Source: Haplodiscus bocki
Lineage: Eukaryota
Assembly (NCBI GenBank): GCA_965655095.1
Contig: OZ296652.1
Coordinates: 88,908,001 to 88,972,000 of the forward strand
DNA length: 64,000 bases
Direction: 5' to 3'
Shown: positions 36,201 to 48,603 of the stretch, one piece after another
Numbering within the stretch: the stretch's first letter is position 1
How the letters are laid out: every line of letters begins with the position of its first letter
Translations under genes and position numbers: made by a program
The notes under the pieces: model-generated
What the model was told of the DNA's origin: nothing
The model's database searches: none
The model's input: only the letters and a program-made list of their open reading frames with translations

Positions 36201-39200
36201 CAACCAGGAACAGCGACCTCCAAATCAATTTTTTACCAAACCGCGAAAAAATAACATCAACTACTTTAACCTGTGCTTGCAGTTACTGCACCGTGATTTT
36301 GTTGGCGTCGAAGCGGAGTGCGTGTAACCAAAAAGCTGATTAACTGACTGCCCGGTTGTGGGGGGCTGCACCCAGTTGTGGGTGCTCTAACTAATGTTTT
36401 TGATGAAAGTCTCTGGAGGAAAGCAGTAAATATTTGACACTGTATTATTTGACATGAAATTGGAAAAGCAATATTCTCAGACCTAGTTGTAATGATTATT
36501 TGAACAAAGGCCTCAATCAAGAACAGCGACCTTCATATAATTTTTTTCACTGGGAATCCCAAGAATTTCGTCACCACATTTCATCTGTCCTATGGCAAAA
36601 AAAAATTAACCCAATTGAATCAGACATACAACAACCGCGTTTGTTTTCATTGCTCTGTTTGTTTTTGGTTCATAATCGAAGCCCTTTACCTTTAATTTCT
36701 CCAACATCCTAACTTTCCCAAACCTGACTTGAAAAACACTCAAGACCTCGTTTTTGAAACTCTATTGTTTTCAAAATGCAACTGGACGCAAACCAACGAC
36801 CAGAAACTTTCAAGATGTTGTCCAGTGTTTCTGGACGGCAGCGACGACACTGAAATGTTCCCTGAAATGCCTAAAACTTTAAACTGGCTTTGCAGTCAGT
36901 CAAAAAGCCTTAAGTTTTGGTCATTTTTATAGAAAGCCAATGCAAGCTGCAGTTGTCAAAAGAGTGACTGCGAATCTCGACTCTTTCTGTAAAACTATGC
37001 AATGTGACCGAAACTTAGATGCCGTAATAGTTACTGAGACTTCAACCAACACGGTCTATGTCAGTCCTGTAACAAATTTCCCCACCTGAAATTAATGATT
37101 ACGAAATTGTTAGCTTCAAAACAAAGTGCATGGATTGAAAAGACTGATTGAGTGCCTGCCCAGTTGTAGGTGCCTATATCTATTGTTTTTTGATGAAACT
37201 GTGTCTAGGAACGCGGTAAGAAAGTCACACGGTCTTGTTTGACGTGAAGATGGAAGGGCAGGCTTCTACACCTAGTTGTAACGAGGATTTAAATAAAGGT
37301 GTCACTCAAGAAAAGCGAATTCCGTATCTTTCTTTCCACTGAAGTCCCAAAATTTTCCTCCCCAACTTTGATCTGTCCTATGGCAATAAAAACAATTAAC
37401 TCAGCTGAATCAGGCATCCAGCAACTGTGTTTCGTTATAAAGATTTGTTTTTTTGTACTTAATCCAAGCCCTCTTCCTGTACATTCCCAACATCCTAATT
37501 TTCAAAAACTTGACTTCGAATACACTCAAGAGCTCCTTTATAAAACTTTTTTGTTTCTCAAAAACGCAACCGGACGTAAACCAATGACCCGCGAAATCCA
37601 AGATGCTGTCCAGCTGCTTTCGACGGCGCCGCTGACACTGGAGTTATCTTCAAAACGCTCAAATTTTTTTTTTGATTTTGTGGTCTCGAATGAGCTTCAA
37701 GGTTTCGCCTTTTTTTGTAGACTGCCATTGTAGGCTGCAGTTATCAAACGAATGAATGCGAATCTTGGCTTTTCTTGCAAAACCATGTAAGTGAATAAGT
37801 ATCAGAAGCCTTAGCAAGTTGCAGACACATCAGTGAACATTGTCTTTGTCCGCCCTGTCAAAAACTTCCCAATTTCGCATTTACTGTCCTTTATTTTAGG
37901 GCGTCAAAACAGACTGCGTGTAAGCAAAAGAATGGTAAACCGCCAGCCTGAATGTAGGTGGACATACCGAAACGTTTTTTGATGAAATTATGTTTAGCAA
38001 CTGATGTTGTAAAACAACGTAATGTGATCAACAATCAGAGGCCATAGCAGGTGTCTGAGACGTCAGCTAAGTCGGTCATTGTCTGTCCTGTCACAAGCTC
38101 CCCAACATACAATTACTGACTACGACTTAGTTAGCGTCTCAAAACAAAGTGCGCTTGAGCAAAAGGCTGATAAATCGCCTGACTGGCTGTGGATGGACAT
38201 AACTAATGTCTTTTGATGAAAATTAGTCTCGGAACGCAGTAAATATTTCACACTATCGTGCTTGACATGGAATTGCAGTAGCAAGATTCTCAAACCTAAT
38301 TGCAACGGGGATTTGAACAAAGGGCTCAATCATGAACAGCGACCCGCATATCTTCAATTTCCCCAAACATCCAAAAAACGTCGTCACCTTATTTGATCTT
38401 TTCTATGTCAAAGAAAAAAATTAAACCTTTTGAACCATACATGCATCGATTGTGTTTTTGTATATGGCTTTTTTTTGTAAATAATCCAAGCCTTCTTCCT
38501 GTGTTTTCACAACTTCCTATTTTTCGCAAAGTTGACTTCGAATACAGCCAACAGCTCGTTTTGGTTCAATCTATTGATTCGGAAAAACGCAACTGGACAA
38601 AAATCAACGACCCAAGACATTCAAGATGTTTTCCAGCCGCTATCGACGGCGGCGCCGACACTGGATTTATCCTCAAAACGCTCAAAAATTTTAATTGTTT
38701 TTGCAGTCTCTGATGGAGCCTCAAGATTTCGTCGTTTTTTGTAGACAGCCAATGCAGGCTGCAGTTGTCAAACGAATGAATGCGAATCTTGGCACTTCTG
38801 GCAAAACAATGTAAGTGACTAAAACTTAGAGGCCTTGGCAAGTTAAATACACATCAATGAACACGGTCTTTGTCCGTCTTGTCAAAAACTTCCGAATGTT
38901 GCATTTACTGTCTTTTGCTTTTAGGCGTCGAAACAGAGTGCGTGTAGTTAAAAAATTGAAAAACCACTTACGCGTCTGTAGGTGGTCATACCGAATATTT
39001 TTGATGAAAGCATGTCTAGGAACGCAAAACGTAAATTACAATGGCTTGTTTTACAAGGAAGCACAAAAGAAAGAACTTCAACCTTGGTCGTAAAGAGGAT
39101 TGGAACAAAGAGTCTCAATCAAGAGCAGCGACATCCCTATCTTCATTTTCGCGAAACTTCCGAGAAAAGTCTCCACCTATTTTGAACTGTCTTATGGAAT

Positions 39201-40060
39201 TAAACACAACCAAACCAACTGAGTAATACACCCTTAATAATAATGTCAATGTTGTCTTTGTGTTTGCTGCCAAAGTTGTTTGGCCTTTTTAGCGCCCTTA
39301 AGGATGCCTAAAATGGCAATGGCTCATTTAGCGGGCATCGATGACAACTAGGTTGTCCTTTTTTTGAGGGAGATTCATGCAGCACATTTGCTGGCCGATG
39401 TTTCAGGCTAAAAACTGTCCTTTACAGCGTTCAAGTTAACGTCCGTAGTAATCAATGACAACTATTTCTTTTTATTTTGCTTCATTTGCATTAAAAACTT
39501 CCAAGCGCTGTTCCTGTAACTTCCCTAACTTCTAAACTTTCCGAAACTTGACTTCGAAAGTTGACAAGGGCTCGGTTTGGGATAGTTTGTTGTTTCTCAA
39601 AGTTGCAACTGAGCGCGAATTAAGGACCATTGGAATTCAAAATGTTTTTCAGTCCCTTTCGACGGCAACGCTTACACTGGAGGTTTCCTAAAGACGCTAT
39701 AAAGTTCAAAATGTTTTTGCAGTCTCTCAATAAGCCTTAAGATTTCGTCGTTTTTTTAGACAGCCCAGGCACGCTGCAGTTGTCAAACGAATGAATAGGA
39801 ATCCCGATTCTTCTTGCAAATCTACTCATTGTGACCAAACCGTAGATGCGTTGGTAAGTTTTTGAGATATCTGCGAACACAGTCTTTGTCCGTCCTGTCG
39901 CAATTTACCAACTTGAAATTACCGCACCGTGGCTTTGTCAGCGTCGAAACAGAATGCGAGTAACCAAGAGGTTGATTAACTGGCTGCCCGGTCGTAGGGG
40001 CTGAAACTTTTGTTTTTTGATAAAAGTGTATGTAGGAAAGCAATCAATATTTCACACTTA
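33262..40060. repeat. Recent segmental duplication in the array: ~33262-35330 repeated at ~38000-40060
   Basis: Near-identical ORF pairs offset by 4734-4738 (33382/38120, 33798/38532, 34307/39041, 35088/39822). Confidence 0.9.
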
Positions 40061-43000
40061 TGTTTGACGTGAAATTGGAGAAGCAAGTTTCTCAAACCTA
40101 GTTGTGACGAGGATTTGAACAAAACTCTCAACCAAGAACAGCGACCTCCCAATCATTTTTGAACTAAACTGCCAAAAAATCTCGTCACCTACTTTGATCT
40201 GTGATATGCAAGTTAGATTGCTTTGTCTTTCTGTAAAAAAACAAGCCCCTTTTTTTACTTACCTTAAGTTCAAAACTTTTCCAAACGTGACTTCGAAAAC
40301 AGTCAAGAGCTCGTTTTGGAACTTTCTCTGTTTTCTCAAAAAAGCAACTGGAAGCGAATTAACGACCCGCGACTTTCTTGATAATGTCCCATCGCTTTCG
40401 ACGCGAGCGCTAACACTGGAGGTTTCCCGAGAACGTTAAAAACGTTCTAAAGCTTCTGTAGTCTCTCAATCAGCCCTAAGTTTCGTCGCTTTTAGGAGCT
40501 ATCAATGCACGTTACAGTTGTCAAACGAATGAAGTTGAATCTCGATTCTTTTTGCGAATCTAGTCGATGTGACCAAACCACACATGCGTTGGTAAGTTTT
40601 TGAGATATCTGCGAACACAGCCTTTGTCCGTCCTGTCACAAGCTTCCCAACCTGAAATTACTGCACCGTGGCTTTGTTAGCTTCGAAACAGAATGCGAGT
40701 AACCAAGAGGTTGATTAACTGGCTGCCCGGTCGTAGGGGCTGAAACTTTTGTTTTTTGATAAAAGTGTATGTAGGAAAGCAATCAATATTTCACACTGTT
40801 ATGTTTGACGTGAAAGTCGAAAAGCAAGATTCTCAAACCCAGTTGTGACGAGGATTTGCAAAAAGTCTCCACCAACAACAGCGACCTCCAAACCATTTTT
40901 TCCACCAAACAGTCAAGAAAACTCGTCACCTACTTTGATCTGTGCTGTGGCAAAGAAAACAATTAACCCAAATGAACCAAACATGTAACAACTGTGTTTT
41001 TTTAAGTGCTTTGTCTTCCTGTAAAACAACCAAGCCCTCTTCTTGTACTTACCCAAAGTTCAAAACTCTCCCAAACATGACTTCGAAAACAGTCAATAGC
41101 TCGTTTTGGAACATTCTCTTTTCTCTCAAAAACGCAACTGGATGCGAAATAACGACCCGCGACGTTCAAGATGTTGTCCATTCGCTTTCGACGGCGGCAG
41201 TGACACTGGAGGGTTCCTCAAAACGCTAAGAAGTTTGAAATACTTTGGCAGTCTCTCAATAAAACTTAGGTTTCCGTCGTTTTTGTAGACAACCAATGCA
41301 CGCTGGAGTTGTCAAACGAATAAATGCGAATCCCGACTCTTCTTGTAAAACTACGTGGGCTGATCACAAATTAGAATATTTGGCACGTTACTGGGACCTC
41401 ATCGAACACGGTCTTTGTCTGTCCTGTCGCAAGCTTCCCAGCTTGCATTTAATGACTACGTTTTTGTTAGCTTCAAAACAAAGTGCGCGTAAGCAAAAGG
41501 CTAAAAAACTGCATGCCCGGCTGTGCGTGGACATGTTTTTTGATGAAAACGTGTCTCGGAATGCAAAAAGTAAGTCACACTGTAAAAAGTAAGCAAGACT
41601 AACAAACTTGGTTGTGAGGCTGACTTGAACGAAGGTCTCAATTGAGAGCATCGACATCGATATTTTCGTTTTCATCCTACTTTCAAAATATTTTTGTCAC
41701 CTACTTTGATCAGTCTTGTTGCAATTAATACAATTTAACCAATCAAATCAATCATCCTGAGGATCATTGTTTTTGTCTTTGCTGCGATTGTCGTGTGGCT
41801 TATCTGCCGCCCTTGAGGTTGCTCACAGGTGCAAGCAAACCTTTCGCGGGTATCGATAACGATTACGTCATCATCCCTTGGCATGGTCCTAACGTTTGCA
41901 GGAAGAGTCTTGCAGCGCGTTCCATAGCTGGTGTTTCCGACTAAGAGTTATCAATTATAGCGTTCGAGGAAACGTTCGTGGTAACCAACCACAACTCTTT
42001 TTTTATAATGCTGTGTTTTAATGGGAAAACTTCAGGGCCTCTTCTTGTTTTTTCCCTAACTTCTAAAATTTTCCAAACCTGACTTCCAATAGAGACGAGA
42101 CCTTGTTTTGGAATGTTCTATTGTTTCACAAAAACGCAACCGCACGCGAAACAGCGACTTATGACATTCAAGATGTTGTCCAATGGTTTTCGACGCCAAC
42201 TGTGACACTGGGGTATGCCTAAAAACGTTTAAATGGTCAAAATGCTTTTGCAGTCCATCAAAAACCCAAAATTTTGTCGTTTCTGTAGACAGCCAATGCA
42301 CGCTGCAATTATCGAAGGAAGGAATTCAACTCCCGATTCTTCTTGCGAATGTATTTAATGTAACAAAAAACTGAGGCGCTGGCACGTTTTTGAGACATCT
42401 GCGAACATGGTTTTCGTCCGTCTTGTCAAAAGCTTCCTAACTTTTCTTTTACTGTCTGCTATTTTTGAGGCTTCAAAACAGAGTTTGTGTAACCAAAAAA
42501 CTGATGAACCCCTCGTCCAGCTGTAGTTAGACACCACTAGTCTTTTCCGATGGAAGTGTGTATAGGAACGCAGAAAAATAACCACACTGTCTTGTGTCGC
42601 ATGGAATTGCAGAAGCAAAGTTTTCAAACCATCTTGTGACGATAATTTGAAGGAAGGTTTCATTCAAGAACAGCGACATCCATATTTTTTTTCACCATAC
42701 ATCAAATATATCTCGCTACCTATTTTGATCTGTCGTATGGAAAGGAAAACTTTTAATCCAAATGCTAGAGACACCATTAAAAATGTTGTCTTCGTGATTG
42801 CTGCAATTGTCTTGTGGCTTATGTACCGCCCTTAGAGATACTTATGATGGCAAGTACATCTTTTGCGGGCGTCAAAAACGACTAAGTTTTCATCCCCTTG
42901 CATGGCCTTATCCTTTGGAGGAAGACTCATGCAGCACGTTTCTTAGCTGGTGTTTCCGACGAAGAGCTATCAAATATTTTGTTCGAGGATACGTTCTTGG

Positions 43001-46000
43001 CAACCAAACACAACTGTGTTTTTTTAAACTGCTTTGTTTCGATGCAAAAATTCAAGGGTCTCATCCTGTACTTTCGCTACCTTCTAAATTTTCCTAAGCT
43101 TGATTCCCAATAGAGACAAGACCTTGTTTTGGAATGTTTGATTGTTTCACAAAAACGCAACTGGCCACGAGCCAACGACCTTTGACATTCAAGTTGTTTT
43201 CTAATCGCTGTGGACACCAACGGGCTCACAGGAGTTTCCTAGAATTCCTAAAAAAGGTTAAAATGGTTTTGCAACTTCTCAAAAAGGCCTAAGATTTCGT
43301 CGTTTTTATAGACAACCAATCCACGCTGGAGTTGTTGAACGACTGAATGCGAATCTGGACTCTCCTTGCGAATCTACATAAAGTGACCAAAAGTAATATG
43401 CGTTGGCAAGTTACTGAGACATCTGCGGTCTTCGTTTCTCTCAAGCCTCCCATCCTGCAATTACTGAACCCGACTTTGTTAGCATCAGAACAGAATGCGC
43501 GGAACCAAAAAGCAGATAAGCAGCCCGTTCGGGTGTTGCTGGACATAACTAATGTTTTTTGATGAAAGTGTGTCCAGGAACGCAAAAAATGTCACAATGT
43601 CGAATTTGACATGGAATTGCGAAGGCAATGTTCTTGAAATTAGATGTAAGGAAGATTTGAACGAACCTCTCAAACACAAACAGCGTTATCCATTTCTTCG
43701 ATTCCACCTTACGTCCGAGAAAAACTCGTCACTTACTTTAATCTGTCTTGTGGCAATGAAAGCAAATTATCCGATTGAATGAGATACGCTTATGACTGTT
43801 GTCTTTCTTTTCGCTACAGTTCTCGTGTGGCCTTTGTTCTACCCTTGAAGATACTTTCGAATGCAAGGACACCTTTTACGGGCATCGATTTTGACTACGT
43901 TTTGATCTTTTTGGAGGAAGATTCATGCAGCAAGTTTCCTTGCCATTGTTTCCGTCTAAGAGTTGTCATTCAGGTCCTTGGTAATCAACCATTTCTGTGT
44001 TGTTTGTTTTGTCATGTTTTTTTGTAGCTAATCCAAGCCTTGTTCCTGTCTTTTTCCTAATATCTCAAACCTGATTTGGAATACAGTCAAGAGCTTGTTT
44101 CGGAGTGTTCTATCAGTTTTCTAATATGCAACTGGGCGCGAACTAACAACCCGCGACATTCGAAAAAGTCTCCAGTAGATTTCGACGCCTGCGCTGACAC
44201 TGGGGCATTCTCAAAAACGCTGAAAACGTTAAAATGCTTTCGCTCAATTATCCCTTATATTTCGTCGTTTTTATAGGCAGCCAATGCATGCTGCATTTCT
44301 CGAACGATTGAATGCAATTATCGACTCTTCTTGCAAAACTACGTTTTGTGACAAGAACTCGGAGATCTTGGCAAGTTACTGAGACCCCAGCGAACACGGT
44401 CGTCGTCCATCCTGTCACAAGTTTTCTAACTTGCAGCTACCGACCACAGTTTCGTGATGTTCAAAACAGAGTGCTCGTAACCAAAAGTCTGATAAACTCC
44501 TCTCTTCAGTGGGTAGACATAACCTATATTTTTTGATGAAATTGTGTCTTGAAACGCAGTAAGGACCTCGTACTGTCAGGTATGACAAGGGATTGCAAAG
44601 GCCAGCATCTCAAACCGAGTTGTGACGAGGATTTGAACAAAAGTCTCAATCAAGAGCAGCGACATGGATATCCTAATTTTCAGTATATGTCCACTCAAAT
44701 CTCGTCACGTAGTTTGATCTGTCTGCAATGAAAACAACTAAACCAAATGCATCAGACACCCTTTTCAATGTTGGCAATGTTGTTTTTGTGTTTGCTGCGA
44801 TTGTTGAGTGGCTTTTTAACAGACCGTTAAGGATCATTACAGTGGCAGGGACAATTTTTACAAGCATCAATAACGACTAGTTTGTCATATACTGGCAAGG
44901 CCCTATCGTTTGGAAGGATATTCATGCAGAACGTTTTCCTGCCGGCGTTTTCTACTGGAAGCTATCATTTATGGCTTTCGAGGTAACGTCCGAGAAAATC
45001 AACAACAACTGCGTTTGTCATTTTGCTTTGTTTCCATGCAAACCTTCCTAGCCCTTTTCCTGTAATTTCCCCAACTTCTTAACTTTTGCAAACTTGACTT
45101 CGATTATAGACAAGAACTGGTTATGTAAAACTCTTTTGTTTGTCAAAAATGCAACTGGTTGCGATTGAACGACCGGTAACACTCAACATGTTGAACGGTC
45201 GCTTCCGATGGCGACGCTGACATTTGAGGGTTCCTCAAAACGCTAAAAATCCAAAATGATTTTTCAGTCTCTCAATAAGACTTATGATTTCGTCGTTTTT
45301 GTAAACAACCAATGCACGCTCAAGTTGTCAAAGGAATGAGAGAATTTCGACTTTTCTTTGAAAACTACGTAAGGAGACCAAAACATAGAGCCCTTGGCAA
45401 GTTACTGAGACATCAGGGAACGCTGTCGTTGAGCCTCTTGTCACTAGCTTCCCAACTTGACCTTACTTACTACGATTTTGTTAGGATCACAACCAAGTGC
45501 TCGTTATCAAAAGTCCGGTTAATTGCCTCTCCCCATTGGGTCCACATAACCTATGTTTTTTGATGAAAGTGTGTCTTGGAGCGCAGTAAAAAATTCACAA
45601 CGTCGTGTTTCACGTGAAATTGCAAAGGCAGGGTTTTCAAACTTAGTTGTAACGAGGATTTGAGCAAACGTCTCAGTCAAGAGCAGCGTTTTTCATACCT
45701 TCAGTTCTACCAAAAGTCCAAGAGAAATTCGTCATTTCTTGTGTTCTGTCTTAAGGGGATGAAAATAATTAAACCAAAAAAAACAGACACCTTTATCAAT
45801 GTTGCGATTGTAGTTTGGCTGATGTACCGCCCTTAAGAATGCTTACGATGGCGATGACATCTTTGACGGGCAGTGATAACGACTAAAATGTCACACCTTG
45901 GCGTGGCCCCATCGTTTGCAGGAAGATTCATGCAGCACATTTCCTTTCCGGTGTTTCCAACAGAAAACTGTCAATTACAGGTTCGAAGTAACGTCCATGG

Positions 46001-48603
46001 TAATCAACTACAACTTGGTCTTTTTAGGGGCATTGTTTTTTCGAACAATCGAAGCCTTCTTCTTTTGATTTCCCTAACTTCTAAGTTTTCCCAAATTTGA
46101 CTTCGAAGACAGTCAAGAGGTTGTTTTGCAATGTTCTGTTGTTTCTCAAGAACGCAACTAGACCCGCGATATTCAAGATGTTTTCTAGTCATTTTTGACG
46201 GTGGCGCTGACATTGGAGGGTTGCTCAAATCGCTAAAATGTGAGTATGATTTTGCAGCCTCTCAATAAGCCTTAAGATTTCTTCCTTTTTAAATACAGCC
46301 AATGCACGCTCTAATTGTCAATTGATTGAATGCGAATCACGACCATTCTTGAGAATTTAAGTAAAGTGACCAAAACATACATGCGTTTGCAAGTTACTAA
46401 TGCATCTGGGAACACGGCTTTCCTCCATCTTGTCATAAGCCTCCTAACTTTGCATTTATTTTCCGCTATTTTTCAAGCGTCAAAACAGAGTGCCTGTAAC
46501 CAAAAGGCTGGTTAACTGCCTACCCGGTTGTAGGTGGACAAAGTCAGTGGTTTTTGACGAAAGCGTGTCCGGGAATGCAAAACATAAGTCAAATTGGAGT
46601 GTTTTACATGGTTTTTTGAAGGCAAGTGTCTCAAACCTGGTTAGCTGGAGGGGATGGGAACAAAAGGTCTCAATCAACAGCAGCAATTTCCATATCTTCC
46701 TTTTCACCAAATTTCCAAAAAATCTCGTCATCTACTTTGATCTCTCCTATTGAATTGAAAACAATTAAACCAACTGAATCAGACATACAACAACTGTGTT
46801 TTTTTATAACGCTTAGTTTTTATATAAATAATCAAAGTTCTCTTCCAGTAATTTCCCTAACTTCTAGATTTTCTCAAACTTGACTCCGAATATAAACAAC
46901 AACTCGTTCTGGAATGTTCTACTGGTTCTCAAAAGTGTAGTTGGCTATGAACAAACGAACCGCGAACTTCGAGATGTTGTCCAGTTGCTTTTGATGGCGG
47001 CGGTGTCTTTGGAGTGTTCCTCCAAACGCAAAAAGTTTGAAATACCTTGGCAAGCTCTGAATTGGACTTAGGTTTTCGTCGTTACTGTAGACAGCTAATG
47101 CCGGCTGCAGTTGTCAAACGAAAGAATGAGAATCTCGGCTCTTCATGCGAAACTACATAACGTGACCCAAAGTTAGAGGATTGGCAAGTTAATGAGATCT
47201 CATCGAACACAGTCTTTGACTCTCCTGTCAGAAGCTTCCCCACTTGCAATTACTGACTACGGTTTTGTTATCTTCAAGACAAAAGGCGCGTAACCAAAGG
47301 CTGATAAACTGCCTGCTTGGCTGTGCGTGGACATAACTATTGATTTTTAAAGAAAGTGTGTCTAGGCATGCAAAAGGTAAGTCACACTGTCAATTTTGAC
47401 GTGGAATTTCAAAGGCAAGACTCCCTAGTTTAGTCACGATTATTTGAACCAAAGTCTTAATCAAGAACAGCGACATCGGTACCTTCAATTTAATCAAAAG
47501 CCCAAGGTAATCTCGTCACCTACTTTGTTCTCACTTATGGCAAAGTGGACAATTGAACCAAATGAATCAGACACCCTCAAGAAATTTGTCTTTGTGTTTC
47601 CAGCGATTGTCGTAAGGCTTCTGTACGGCCCTCATGGACGCTTACAAGAGCAAGGACACTTTTTACGGGCATCGTTTACGACTAATTCGTCATCCCATGG
47701 CATGGCCCTGTCGTTTGGGAGGAGATTCATGCAAAATGTTCCCTTGCCGGTGTATCCGACTAAAAACCGCTTTTTATGGCGTTCATCGTAACATCCTTGG
47801 TGACCAATTACGATTGTGTTTTTCTATTTTGCCTTGTTTGTAAGTAAAACATTGAAGCCTTGTCACTGTACTTTCCCTAATTTCTATTTTTTCTTCAAGT
47901 TTGTCTTCGAACACAGTCAAGAGCTCGTTTTGTAATGTTCTGCTGGTTCTCAAAAATGCAACTGGGTGCGAAAGATTGACCCACAATATTCAAGTTGTTG
48001 TCCAGTTCAAGCTTCTTCAATGTCCGAATAAGCCCCAAGTTTTCGTCGTTTTGTAGACAGCCAATGCACACTGTAGTCGTCGAACAAATGATAACAAATC
48101 TCGACTCCTCTCGCAACCCTAGGTAAAATTGACCAAAAATATGAGGCGTTGGCAAGTTACTGAGACATCTTCAAATATTGTCGCTGTCCATCTTGTCACA
48201 AAGTTTCCACTTTGCAATTAGTAACCGCGACGTTTTCGGCGTCAAAACAGAGTGCGTGTAACCAAAACGCTGATGAACCACCGGTCCAGCTGTAGGTGGA
48301 CACAACTTTTGTTTCTTGTTGGAAGTGTGTATAGGCACAGTGAAAATTAGTCACACTGTCATGTCTCACATGGAATTGCAAAGGCAAGATTCTCAAACCT
48401 ATTTATGGTGATTGTTTGAACGAAACTCTCAATCAAGAACAGCGACATCGGTATTTTCTTCCTCACGATACGTCCAAGAAAATCTTGTCACCTGCTAGGA
48501 TCTGTGTTATCGCAAGGAGAACAATTGAACAAAACGAAAAAAACACCCCCATGAATGTTATCTTTGTGTTTCCTGTGCTTGTCGCGTGGTTTATGCACTG
48601 CCT

